DNA of 64,000 nt, taken from Eledone cirrhosa (taxonomy: Eukaryota). The stretch lies in assembly GCA_964016885.1 (NCBI GenBank), contig OZ024743.1:214768001-214832000 (forward strand). Direction: 5' to 3'. Position 1 is the first letter of the stretch, and each line of letters opens with the position of its first letter. The notes below the pieces were generated by a model. The model was not told the DNA's origin, made no database searches, and was given only the letters and a program-made list of their open reading frames with translations. Both the position numbers and the translations under genes were made by a program. Positions 23,738-37,100 of the stretch are shown here, piece by piece.

Positions 23738-24949
23738 ATGAGAATAAACGTGCTGCGTGGTTGCTAATGGGTTACATATGAATAAAGTTAGTCCTTCTTC
23801 AGTGATCTTCCAACCATCATTGGTATTTCATCGCTTTAAAGACCATATACCTCCGGTTGGTGCAAGCAACGGCTAAAAAAAGTCGTTGGGACACGTAAAT
23901 AAAGGGGACACGAGTGTAAACAAACAAAAATGCTGAAGCAACGAAAAATGAGGAAGAAGTAGTGAAGTCCCAAATTTCTATGAATTTATATTCGGTGAAA
24001 TCGTGAACGAGAGAGAATAAAGACCATCAAACCTGGTTGAAATGTGAGCAAGGAAGGAATTTCGCACAGGTCTAACGGGAGGAAGAAGGGGTCTTGTCTG
24101 TGAATTCGGTAAACATAAGTTCTGTGAAATCGTAGACGAGAGAGAGAAAAAATGCCGACCGGCCAGGCCAAGCGTGTGAAAGAAAAGAATTACGCACAGG
24201 TCAACGGGAAGAAGGAGGAGGAAGAGAGGTAGTAACAGAGAATGAGTGAGTGAAGGGTGAGGAAGAGGCTAACAGAGAGAGTGACTGCTAGAGAGAGTAA
24301 AGATACAGAGAAAGAGGAAGCAACCCCGCAGCACGTTTATTCTCATATTTACACATATTTTTCCCCCGCTGTTACCCGTCTATTTCGTTCAAACAACTTC
24401 CTCTTTCTCTGTATCTTTACCCTCTCTAGCAGTCACTGACTCTGTTAGCCCCTTCCTCACCCTTAACTCACGCATTCTCTGTTACTACCTCTCCTCCTCC
24501 TCCTTCTTCCCGTTTGACCTGTGCGTAATTCTTTTCTTTCGCACGCTTGGCCAGGTAGGCATTTTTTCTCTCTCTCGTCTACGATTTCACAGAACTTATG
24601 TTTACCGAATTCACAGACTAGACCCCTTATTCCCCCCGTTAGACCTGTGCGAAATCCCTTCCTTCCTCACATTTCAACCAGGTTTGATGGTCTTTATTCT
24701 CTCTCGTTCACGATTTCACCGAATATAAATTCATAGAAATTTGGGACTTGACTCCTTCTTCCTCACTTTTCGTTGCTTCAACATTTTTGTTTGTTTACAC
24801 TCGTGTCCCCTTTATTTACGTGTCCCCTTTATTTACGTGTCCCAACGATTTTTTTTAGCCGTTGCTCGCACCAACCGGAGGTATATGGTCTTTAAAGCGA
24901 TGAAATACCAATGATGGTTGGAAGATCACTGATGAAGGACTAACTTTAT
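23738..24949. repeat. ~540-bp-arm fold-back non-coding element in TA repeats
   Basis: 23782-24320 is inverted relative to 24396-24949. 23738-23757 is inverted at ~24327-24353. The arm ends carry CTGA(T/A)GAAGGACTAA, a truncated hammerhead 5' half. Confidence 0.85.
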
Positions 24950-25025
24950 ATATATATATATACATATACATATACATATACACACATACATATATCCACA
25001 CATATATTCCCAGCTACATACATAT

Positions 25026-25147
<122 letters not shown>

Positions 25148-25516
25148 TCATTAGTTAAGCAAAACAAGACCACAAATTTCACAAGGAAGACATTATTAAA
25201 AGATTGTCACAATATTTTAGTTTGATGTAAGGAATGTAGAGAATAATAATAATAATATTAATAATAATAATGTCCGTTTACAATTGTTTCGCTACTCCAT
25301 ATAATATTTCTGGATCAGATGACTATATATCATAATTGATCTGGTTCAGTTGAAAATAAATAACATATTTAAAAGATAGAGTGGCTCATCGGAACTTCAA
25401 AGAAATATAAATTAAAATAATGAGAGAATGTTACATAATATAATGTTCCATATTTTGGTTTTTACTATGGTGTCTTGGTTGCATCAGTTGCCAGCCATAA
25501 TCAAGCAGTATTCGTC

Positions 25517-25563
<47 letters not shown>

Positions 25564-25939
25564 ATAAATAATATACACGGGTGTGTATGATTGTGTATAT
25601 AAGATTATATTAATAAAATGAATTCCAACTTTGTCTAATTTACTCGTTTTATTTACAATCCTTTTAAATTATAATGATATTATAATGAAATGGTATGGTA
25701 GAATATTGAATGTTATGTGTTAATTGAACAAGTACTTTCATGCTTTCGCAATCTTCAGGTTCAAATTCAGTGGTGACAGTCAAGTTTGCAATTTTCAACT
25801 GTAATGAGATGGGTAAATTGTGTGCCTTATATACAGTAAAACGGATCTACATAATGCTATGTTTTGCAAACTGTATTTCGACCAATCGGTGTGTAGTTTC
25901 ACTAGATTACTAAAGCTGATTGGTTTAGGCGCCACGGTC

Positions 25940-26095
25940 GGTTGAGCATGTCTAACGACTTCTAGTATCCAAAGCATCAAATGTTTTGTTATTTTTAGAA
26001 ATGATGAAAATAGCATTTTCTAGGGTTTTAGCAAAATAGCAAAACAATTGATGCTTTGGATAGGGTCAAATAGAAGTCGTTAGACATGCTCAACC
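25940..26095. repeat. Short fold-back (~55-bp arms) next to a Tigger-like TA-CAGTAAAAC end at ~25832
   Basis: GGTTGAGCATGTCTAACGACTTCTA...TAGAAGTCGTTAGACATGCTCAACC. Confidence 0.7.
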
Positions 26096-27659
26096 AAACG
26101 TTAATACATATATGTGTGCATATATATATACACACACACACATATATATATACATACACATACACATATGTGTGTGTGTTTGGGTGTGGTGGTGACTTGT
26201 TTCTATATGTACGTACTGATAAGCGTATGCTTTTGTCCCATACTTGAAGAATCCGTTTGAGCCTTCAATTGTGTCTAACGATGTTTCGAATTATATATTT
26301 TAGTTTATCTGTCCGTAATAATTACAAAATCTAAATGAGATTTCCTAAACAATAGGTGAAGTTTGAAGAGAAGAAAATATTGGGAATTTACTTTGGTACT
26401 TGTAGAGAATTTAAAATTTGAATATGTTAGACAATTGAAAATATTCAATATAAAACAAATTAAATATTTCTCGATCCACTCAGATTATTAGATTTATTAT
26501 TGAATGCCATGACATTAATTTTAATCCAGGAAATGGGGATACTTTCAGAGATGAAGTGTCTATCTAATATTACACATGCATTGTCAAAATTTACGTTAAA
26601 TTTCATAACAAGCGGAAAAAATCTATTGTTTGAGATATGGACGTAGGTTGCATTATGTTGCTGTGGTAGGCATAACTAATATAAGGACCAACAGTAACTA
26701 TTTCCTGTCATTGGTCTCTACGGAGATTAAAAAACCTATGCGATTACCAACAATAACAAAGTAGAAGATAGCTGCACATTTGCGATAATGAGCATTCGTC
26801 GCTTGAATTGCTACAAATAACAGTTGGATCTTCTTCAAATCAATTTCTTGAATACAAATAGAAGCTGAGCAAAAGAAATATCATGGCGATTGCAAATATT
26901 GAAATAATAATGTTTTATAACAACATAAAGTTGATTAAGGCAATATTTCGATTCCAATTTAATTAATCATAAACATCGGTCAAAAAGTTATTTTTACTGG
27001 AAAATGTTCATTTCGACAGCGAGGGATTTAACTGGTTCTTTTTACTTTTTTGAATTATCTATCACATACCCTATTCGACCGTCCCTGTGATTTTGACCCG
27101 GGTTTAACTCTATCTTTTCCCAATTTAGTAATCTTATCGGTGACGACCGCGGCTCCTTCCTCCATTGTACAGTAGTTTAGTGTACCAAATGTCCATTTTA
27201 CCGAGACCAGTTCATAACTGGTATAAAAACCAAAACAAATCTCAAGGGAATTTGAACTGAGTACTTAAAACGACGGAAGAAATACTGCAAAGCATTTATC
27301 CGACACTCTAATGAATATATTAATCCATTTTATAACAACAAAAATATGTGACTGCTCCTTTCTAAGCCATGTATGTTGTTACTCTAAATTTATGTAACAA
27401 TATGAAACTAATTTTATATAACAAAAAATGCAGTATTGCAAGAAGAAGGCAGAGAAGTGGAGTGAAAGAATACCATGAATGAACTTATTGAAAGGTATCC
27501 TCATGGATAAGACGGCTAGCATTCTCTGTTCAGTTATTTCAAATATTCCCCTTTCCTTCTATTGTCTGTGAATTCTTTTGTATTCATCATTAACATACAT
27601 AACGGTATAGCTAATCGGCCATACCTACAAAAAAAAACAAAAAAAAACTGAATATTAGA

Positions 27660-27810
27660 TGATACGAAACTGATCTAGAATGTGGTAGGAGATATCGGCA
27701 AACCATAGTGATATTGCTTCATTAGAATGTTGAGACTGACTGCGTATAGACATGCCTAAAGACTTATGAAATTAGATAATGCAAAATATAAAGATGGAAA
27801 ACTAGAGATT
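27660..27810 (+). pseudogene. Decayed TIR-domain C-terminal segment
   Basis: RRYRQTIVILLH*NVE..DMPKDL..L...KY resembles TIR R..IIVILLE.V...MP..L...TY. LRR-like remnants lie upstream at ~26330-26900. Confidence 0.4.
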
Positions 27811-28593
27811 AATTAAATAGGATGCAATAAGTTTGAGTCAATATTTAGATAGACAATGTGTGTAGTACACATCAAAGTTCTACAGTGTTGTGATATACGG
27901 AATCTAAGAAATGGTAAAGGAATGTTTATATTTGTGTGCTTTTAAATGGTAGGCATTATCCTTTCATAATGTTTTTGTTTTCCATCCACCTTTGTTTATA
28001 TGTTCATCTATATATGCACACGAGTGTGTGTCTGTGAGTGTATTTGTATGTGCGTATGTGTGAGTGCGTATGTAAGTGGGTGTGAATTGGAGTGTGAATT
28101 GGAGGGTAAGCGCAGGTATATTTATATGTGCATATACATTTTTGCTAACATTCAACAATTACTTTTCAGAAGTACAATTATATCTGCGGAATTTCGTGCA
28201 AAAATATTGCAGCTCATTCTTAAGGATTAAGTCTTAACCTTTGGGTTAATGACTGACAAGGCTTTGCGCTGCCTTCCGCTTATGTGTGGTTACAGGGATT
28301 TACTATTCAAAGTATATTTCACTCCATTTGCACATAAGCACACCCGCAACCAATCACACAAAAGCACAAACCACATCATATTTCTATTGTTGCTACTTGT
28401 TACATATAATCTCATGTATCCACTTACATAACAGGATTGAATGCAATTAGATTCACACCGCCATTAGATGTCAAATACGGTGTGTTTCGTAAGCTATGCA
28501 GGACAAAAAGAAGACCCATTAAATTATAGTTGGTTCAATGATGAGATGATCCTTTTCTCAGCAAGAGTACGCAGCAGCAGCAGCCGCAGCAGT

Positions 28594-28696
<103 letters not shown>

Positions 28697-30497
28697 CTAT
28701 ATATGTATATACACACTAACACACGCACACACATATATATAAATATAAAGGTAGTAAAGACTCCTCCGGTCAGGAACGTCCATGAGATTTTCACTAGGAA
28801 GTTCCCCTCCGAGGTACAAGTCGAGGCAATTTGTTTTGGGAAGTCCAGCAGTCACCCATGCATACTAGTCTCTCTTCTCCTCGCCACCGTTGTTGTCCAA
28901 TGGAAACGAAATGGCTGATACAGCATGACATCCGTGACGCCGCAACACATATCTACAGTAGAATAAACTGGAACTACGTGAAATAAAGAATAATAGAGAT
29001 CTTGGTGTAGTGAATAAAAAAACAATACATATACAATGTGACTGAAATTCGATAAGAAAAAAGAATAATTAGAGATTCTTTGATTAAATAATTTGGGGTT
29101 TAGAAATACATTCCTTCGATTTTGACATTCTTCAATATGTTATGAATTGAAGATATATATATGAAGCATGCATGGTAAAATAGAATGTATGCTGTATAGT
29201 TATGGTAAATTCCGCATTTAGTTAATTATTAAAAAAACTGAGAACTTTTGCATCAGAATAGAGATTTTATAGAACATTATTGTAAGATTTTATTCGCAAT
29301 TTACCAATTCAAAACCTAATCACGAATAAATATATGTGAATTGAATAAGTAAACGTGTATATTGTCGATTTAAATAATATATACTAACCATAAATGATAA
29401 TTTTACACGTTACCGCGTGCCTATGCGTTGGACTTTGGGTGTGGCCATTCTTATTTCGTAGCCATAGGTCTTTTTTCATTTCGTGCATATACTTAAAACC
29501 ATATATACCACAGATGAAGGGCATGTAACAATGTTCTAACTTTGGTAATATATATGTGGTCTGTTCCTTTATTTGCTAAATATATTAGTAAATCTCTAAT
29601 TCTATAACGGGGAAGAAGTGCATGCGAGTGGAGTTTTAGGAGAATCCTTATAATTTTTTCATGAATACTTTTTCAAAGCCAAAGGATATATTTCAGTGCA
29701 TTATCGCTTGGACTAGATATACAAAAGGAACCATCGAACACGAATAACCATGTGATGTACGCTTAGAGGCACGGTTGTTTGTAAATGAACAACAGTTGCC
29801 CATGCATACTTGTCTCTCCTTTCCATGCCCTCGATGTTGTCCAAAGGAAAGGTAATGGCTGATACAGTTCTCACCTGAGTAACCTGGAGCTCCGTGAAAT
29901 AAAGTGTCTTAGTTGAGGTCACATAACATCACATGATCCAGTAATCGAACACAAAGCCTGCCAACGCTCTAATAGCTAAGCCATGTATATTCACACACAC
30001 ACACACAGAAACACACACATACCCATACATACACACACACACGCACATATATACACACACACACATAGTCACAGACAGACACACACACATATATATATAT
30101 ATGTTTAAATGAGGAATTATACAGACTAGGACTTTTTCATTCATGTAAAATCCAAAGGAAAGAAACATTTCTAGTCCTATAGAAATCAATTATATATAAA
30201 TATAGATCTTTATACTCTACGAACGCATTGAGTACATGTTTTAACTGCGTTCACCTCCTGATCAAATTCGGCAATATATATATATGTGTGTGCAGGTGGG
30301 CTGGTGGTGGTGTTCGTGTGTATATATATATATAATAATAATACTATTTATAGTTATGTATATACTACAAACAACTATAAACAGGAAAGGTCAGTAATTT
30401 CCTACTACCTTATTACCAGTAAAAGAAATAGCTCAATGTAAGAACATCAGTTGATTTACAGAGCAGGAAAATAAATAAATTAGACAATTATCAAAGT

Positions 30498-30576
<79 letters not shown>

Positions 30577-31249
30577 ATATATATATATATAGGAAAAGAT
30601 TCAGGAACCTGACGGCTGAGCTCAGACCGTTTCGACAGCTACATCCGAAATGTTGTTATATTTATATATATATATATATATATACATATATAATATCAAG
30701 AATGAATTTAATAACCGCAGCTTTCAAAACAGGTACAGCATATGCTACACCGAGATTACAGATTTAGCAGCTATTTATTTCTCTTTAATTATTAATTAAA
30801 TCAATATGATCACAATGCAATTATCTTTCTATGCATCTATTTATTCAAAATTGTTATTAGTTTTATTGCAGTTATCATTATTCGTAGTTTTACTTTTTGT
30901 TTTCTTTTTTTACTGTTTTTTTACTAGATTATTTTATGTTCATATTTAGAAAAAAACAAAACAAAATAATCTTTCGTTCTTTAACGACTCCATGTTAATG
31001 CATCCTTCTTTTTGAAACATGTGTGAAAAATCAATATATTTTGCAACTATGTGAAATGATAATTTCTTAAATGGACAGTTTCACAATGAAATTAACTAAA
31101 ATCTTCCTTTTATCGTTTTACAAATGAATTTGTATTCCTATTTTTTTTAAATATTTTTAAAATTCCTATCCTGATAATGATACTCTTTCATCAGAAAGTA
31201 ACAAAATTAAGAGATAAAAATGGAAATATTTGCTACTTTTTAAATATCA

Positions 31250-31600
31250 CTTTTCGCATATGATGCATTTTTATTTATTTCCCTATAAAAGCTTAAGAAG
31301 ATAAAAATCCGTTGAATAGTTTATGAATTAGTTGATGATAACGTGTGTCGAGACAGGTTTATCATGATTTACTTTTATCTGAAAAATGTTTCAAATGCAT
31401 CGGATCGCTGACAGCCGGTCTTCAGTGCTATCATTGCCAATAAATTCTGGCAGCGTGTTAACTGTTTGCCTTACTTTTATTTGAGTATGCATAGCTTTAT
31501 ATTGGCGAAACAGTTCCTAATAACTGCAGCAATGAATAAATAAATAAATTTCTCAAATATGTGCCTCTATGACGCAGAGTAAATTTTAGCAGAATAAAAT
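31250..31600 (+). pseudogene. Decayed TIR-domain start
   Basis: AYDAFLFIS at ~31256-31283 resembles TIR box 1 (YDAFISY). LRR-like remnants lie at ~29070-29700. Confidence 0.35.
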
Positions 31601-32027
31601 TACTTTTGTTGAAAATTAATGTTCCTTCGCAGAATTATATATTATTCAAGAATTACATCCTCTGTTTTGAAGGTATGTGGCTTAGTTCTTAGAAACCTTG
31701 ATTCATAATCGTGAAGTTGTGTGCTCGAATTCCTGACCAGGAGCTTCGTTGTATTTGAGCAAGGCACAATATTTCATGATCCACCTTATGTCAGGTGTTC
31801 AGACTTGTATAATGTTTCAGAAATTGGAAGAAACATTTTCCCTTCATTCGATCTGAAGAGTTTCCCACCCCTAATATGTAACTGAATGAAGTCTTGGATG
31901 TTGTCGGTTTTTGCGTCTTCATATATCTGCGACAACATTATTTTTTTCTGACTTACAATAGCACGATTAAAAGTCATAACAAAAGATTCCACATGCACTA
32001 TAGCGTATGATATTGTTAGCTTATATA

Positions 32028-32106
<79 letters not shown>

Positions 32107-32112
32107 TATATA

Positions 32113-33645
32113 TCACCTTGATCACCTTGACCGACCAGTCAGTCGGGCGTCCATTCGGCGCGGCATGCCGTCCATTCCTCTCTGGATCGTGCTTTCCTCA
32201 TCCATGTAGTCCCAATCATATTCCTATGATCGTAACTCCACCTTCGTGGAGGCCTTCTGGGTGGTTGTTTCCGCTCGCGCGGGTACCACTCGGCAACTGC
32301 GCGGGTCCACCGACTATCGGTGAACCGGGCGACGTGTCCAGCCCATCTGAACTTGCTGCGCATATACTCCGTGATGACGTTCGTCTCGCCGGACTTCTGT
32401 CTGATGACTTCGCTCCTGATGTGCTCTCTCAACGAGATTCCTAACATTGATATCTCCATGGCTCTTTGAGCCGGTACCAGCCTCTGCTCTTCTCTCTTCG
32501 TTGTAGCCCAAGTTTAATTGCCATATAACTTTGCAGGTAAAACTGTGCTATTGAAGAGGTTGGCGCGGGTGGTCTTGTCTAACCTCCCATTGAGCACCTC
32601 CCCTTATGCCGTTGAACGCCTTCCACCCGGCCCTTACTCTTTCGCAAGATCGCCCTCTCAATGTCTCGGCGCATGTTCACTTCTTGTCCTAGAAAGACGT
32701 ATTCCTCCACCACCTTTATTTCATCACCGCCAATCACTATTCGACCTGTTGGTACGTTGTCGGACCACATGAACTTCGTTGTCACGGGGTTCATCTTGAG
32801 GCCTACTGCAGAGCTTTTGATGTCGAGCTCCGTCACCATAGTCTCAAGGTGATCCGTGGTTTCATTGATGAGTACGATGTCATCAGCGAAACGGAGGTGG
32901 GTAAGTATCTCGCCGTTGATGTTGACACCGCCTTGCCAGACAATGGCTCTGATGATCTGCTCGAGACATGCGGTGAAAAGTTTTGGAGAGATCGTGTTTC
33001 CTTGCTTCACTCCCTTCTCGACCGGCACTCGTACGGGTGATAACAGCAGAGCTATGTCGGTGGTGCATCCGGAATTCGCCTCCCTGAGCAGTTGAACGTA
33101 TTGCGCCTCAACTCCTTGCCTCTGCAGCGAGTTCAGCACTGCGTTGATTTCGACGCTGTCGAAGGCCTTCTCGTAGTCTACGAACGCGACGCAAAGAGGC
33201 ATCTTGTACTCTTTCGCTCGCTCAAACAGTTGCGTCAGAGTAAATATGTGGTCCATCGTGCTGTAGTTCTTCCGGAAGCCGGCTTGCTCTCTCGGTTGCT
33301 GTTCTTCCACATGACGTGATAACCTGTTCAGGATTATCTTCGTGAACAGCTTGTACACGTGAGACAGCAGGAATATGGGCCGGTAGTACTTCATATCTTC
33401 TCTATCGCCCTTCTTGTATAGCAGGAGGGTATTCGACTCTTTCCATTGCGAGGGTATTCTTCCCTCGTCCAGATAGTGTGAATCGCTCGGCGAGGATTTT
33501 CTGAACTGCTCTCCGCCTGACTTCAACACCTCTGCTGTTATGCCGACTTTCCCTGGCGCCTTTCCGCTTTTCATCAAGCCGACGGCTCTTTCAGCCTCAC
33601 TGTCAAGGATGGGTGGCACATTTTCTTCTTGTTAGAGTGACGGCG
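32113..33645 (-). mobile_element. 5'-truncated RTE-clade LINE (RT domain), young, GC-rich
   Basis: KSGKAPG, YRPI.LLSHVYKLF, EQAGFRK..STMDHI, FVDYEKAFDS, GVKQG..ISP, LRFADD and WAGHVAR. 3' tail is (TCAAGGTGA)2 abutting (TA)n. Confidence 0.92.
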
Positions 33646-33792
33646 GTGCTGAACTCGCTGCAGAGGCAAGAAGTTGAGGCGCAATACGTTCAACTGCTCA
33701 GGGAGGCGAATTCCGGATGCACCACCGACATAGCTCTGCTGTCATCACCCGTACGAGTGCTGGTCGAGAAGGGAGTGAAGCAAGGAAATACG
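33643..33792 (+). repeat. Inverted duplication of internal RTE segment 32993-33142 at the RTE 5' junction
   Basis: ~150 bp matching the reverse complement with about five substitutions; translates AVLNSLQRQ.VEAQYVQLLREANSGCTT. Confidence 0.85.
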
Positions 33793-33811
33793 AATGCGCC
33801 TTCTCTCTATA

Positions 33812-34059
33812 TCAGCCAGTAGGTTGAGGAAAAGGGGCAGGATAGGAAAGGAGTACAAACTCTTCGTACTCCTGGAGAGGAGGGTTTTACATTTTTGGGG
33901 GGGTATGAGTTACCCATATAAACTGTCACCCCCCTATTGGGAAACATCGACTAATTTTTTAAATTGCATTTGTGATAACATTTTACACGTTTTTATTTTA
34001 TGTAAACTTACCCCTTTGTATTTGTCCCCTTCTTTTGTGTCCCTGTGGCTAATAAAGAA
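33812..34059 (+). mobile_element. 3'-UTR fragment of an L1/Tx1 element ending at (TATC)n
   Basis: GTAGGTTGA..GA and CCCTGTGGCTAATAAAGAAA match the 3' end of the downstream element (38956-39194). Confidence 0.7.
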
Positions 34060-34062
34060 ACA

Positions 34063-34113
<51 letters not shown>

Positions 34114-34150
34114 ATATCTATCTATCTCTCTATCTATCTATCTATCTATC

Positions 34151-37100
34151 GTAGATGGTAAACGTGCGCCAGTCTTGCTGTTAAGTTTTTGTCTTTTTGC
34201 TTATAAAAAACAAAAAAAGTTTGTTTAAAGAAATATACCATTGTATTGATTGATCTACAGTCTGAATTGTCAGCGGGTGGATCATTGAATGTGCCCCCCC
34301 CCTCCCCCAGGGCGAAGGAAATTTTAATTTTAATTTAAAAAATAGCAATATTTTATTTGCAAGATCAGACAGCATAAGTGAAAGGAAAACGCCGGTAGAG
34401 ACGCTTCTAGCGACTACTAATGCAAGTAGTGAAGGGAGAATAGACTCCAATGTAACCAAGTCGTTTGACTATGAACTTGTTGCCATAGATACAAATACAA
34501 ACAACTTTCGTAAACAGATGAACACAGAATATACACAAACAACGACTGAAGACAAAATCACACCTGAACTAACAAATGTTACTACCATAAATAAAACAAA
34601 TGACGATGACAACAACAACAACAACAACAACAACTACAACAATAACAACAACAACACCATCACCACCAACAAAAAGTTATCTTTCGGTGAAACAACAGAC
34701 AAAAAACAACAATTTACAGACCTAGACATCTCCAATGCCAACAAGAAGCTAAGTCAAGCAAAATCCACACCCCGAAATTCATAATGAAACTCTCCGAAAG
34801 ACAATCACTTTCAAGAATGTCTCAAATACATCCAGAAATCCGGCATTCCTCAGTTAAAGAGGAATAGAGACACTATTGAAGGAGGCGTTGCCGGGTATCG
34901 ATTTTATGCAGACGGCCAGACAATATGGAAGCATGTTGGTGCTTCTCAAAGGCGAGGTCGTCGCACAAAAATATTCGGTGACTCCGGTCACTTCTGCAAA
35001 TTACAACTTTCCCCTACATACCTGGGAAAAAGGACACAAGAAATAAAAATTTCCAATATACCACCAAATATCAATATTTGGTGGATTTTGGCAGGATCTT
35101 TAGAGGAGGGAGAGGACGCCATCCTCTCCACTAGGAAATCAAAGAGACACACGTGGGCTGGTACCAGTTTGGAAGTTTCGGTACAGATGATACCAGAGAG
35201 AAAATCAAGATTCCGGAGATTTACCAGTAGACAATAATCACCACATGAACATTTCCACTGAATATTTAAAGGCCTCCTGTCCTTTACAGACAAACTTCAA
35301 CAAAAACAAAACAAGTATTCTTACCAACACCAAAACCGTATAAACAACAACAACACACAAAAACAAACAACTACTCAACAATAAACAACCGAAAAAACAC
35401 AGACAATTCCCCCCAAAACACAGTCCCACCTCATCTCACTCCATCCAACACCACCACACCCCCCACACACAGGCACCATCTCCACACAGCATACCCCTCC
35501 CAAACGCCCCTGATGACGATTCACCATCAGACGAGGCTACTTCTCCATCACCAATCGAGGATAAAGGAGAGCCTCGAAAATAAAAAGAAAACAAAAAAAA
35601 AGACACCAAAAGCCACAAAAACACCAATCACCAACAGAAACAACCACCAACACAAACAACAACACAGGCACCACCGCAATCTACCCCCTCCTCCTACCAG
35701 TAAAACAAACACCAACACCACCCCAAACACAAACACCCACCATATAAAGAAAATGACAATATGAAAAACAAACAAAAACAACACAACAAAAATATAAACA
35801 ACAGTACACATACATTAACACCAATAACAAAAATCTGATGGAGTTCATCTCCAATTACCCCCAAAGTAGAAATTAAGGGGAAAACGTTTGTTGAAGCAGA
35901 CACGGCACCACATCTAAAACTGATAAGAATTTCAATGGAAAGGTTTCACGCCCAGAATTCTTTAAGCGTTCAGAATCTTTTTCTGGGAACGTCTCGTTCC
36001 TTGCTTTTAATGGGGGACTGGAATGGTATCCTAGACGCACGTTGGGACTATTTAGGAACATGTCTCAGTAGAGGGGGGGGGGAAACATCCACACAAATTG
36101 AATCGGGCCATTCCAATTGCCCGATAGCTATCGACTAGATTACCCGACTGCACCACAGTGGGCGTGCACAAATCGCAGTGGGACATCTAGATCGTATTTA
36201 GATAGATTAATTATTAGAGAGAGAGACAGGAAAATGTTAAGCTGTCCACAAATGTACATGGTTGCCTATTCAGACCACAAACTAGTTACCTGCATAGTCA
36301 ACCATGATAGAACGCATAGTCAAGATCCGGATACTGGAAGCTGAACATGTCGTTACCGACGCGTAAAGCCTACAGTAGACGGATAAGTAGTTTAGTTAAG
36401 CACCAGTTGACGGGAGTTATAGTCAACAATAGGTGGTGGTGCTCTCTCAAGAGAGCAATTAGAGTAGAGTCCATAGCTTTTAGCAAAGAACTAGCCTTAG
36501 AGAAAGACAAAACAGAAAGGGAACAATTAGCCAAGGTAGAGGAGGCGCTTAGGAGTGGCAACGTAGCTAGAGTGCTAGAAACGAGAACGTCACTAGACTA
36601 GTTCTTCGATGCGAAACACGAAGGCTGCGTGGTCAGGAGTATATTACGTGTTCTAGGAAACGAAGGAATAAAAGCTGTCAGCTGGGCCGAGTGGCAGAAG
36701 CGAAAAGTTGCAGCAAGTCCACGATTCGGTCTTTGAAAGACGAAAACGGACGCGTGCTACTTCATTCCAAGCAGATGTGCATGGCCTTTCAGCAGCACTT
36801 TGCGCAACTGTTCTTGCAGAGCGGTGCGCCGAACGGGGTAACGAACTTCCGTTCATACCTTGACGGCCTACCGCGTCTCTCGAACATGGACGTCAAGTTC
36901 TGCGAAAGATCGATCACAGCCACTGAGATACGAAACGCTCTAGGCTGGTGCGGGAAGCGCAAATCACCCGGTCTTGATGGTCTACACTATGAATTTTACA
37001 TAGCCATGCCGGACCTGTTCTCTGCCATCCTCGAAGCCGCCTACTGCAACTGGAAGCAGAACGGGAGAATTCCCAGTTCTGTAGGCAGGGGCGTAGTAAC

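Noticed and set aside
24895-24945. Type II hammerhead (GAAA before CTGATGA)
   Set aside because: Stem III lacks the required closing pair and UH, and stem II cannot form; a truncated type I half is more likely.
31786-31998. 70-aa minus-strand ORF as a gene
   Set aside because: No recognisable domain or splice context.
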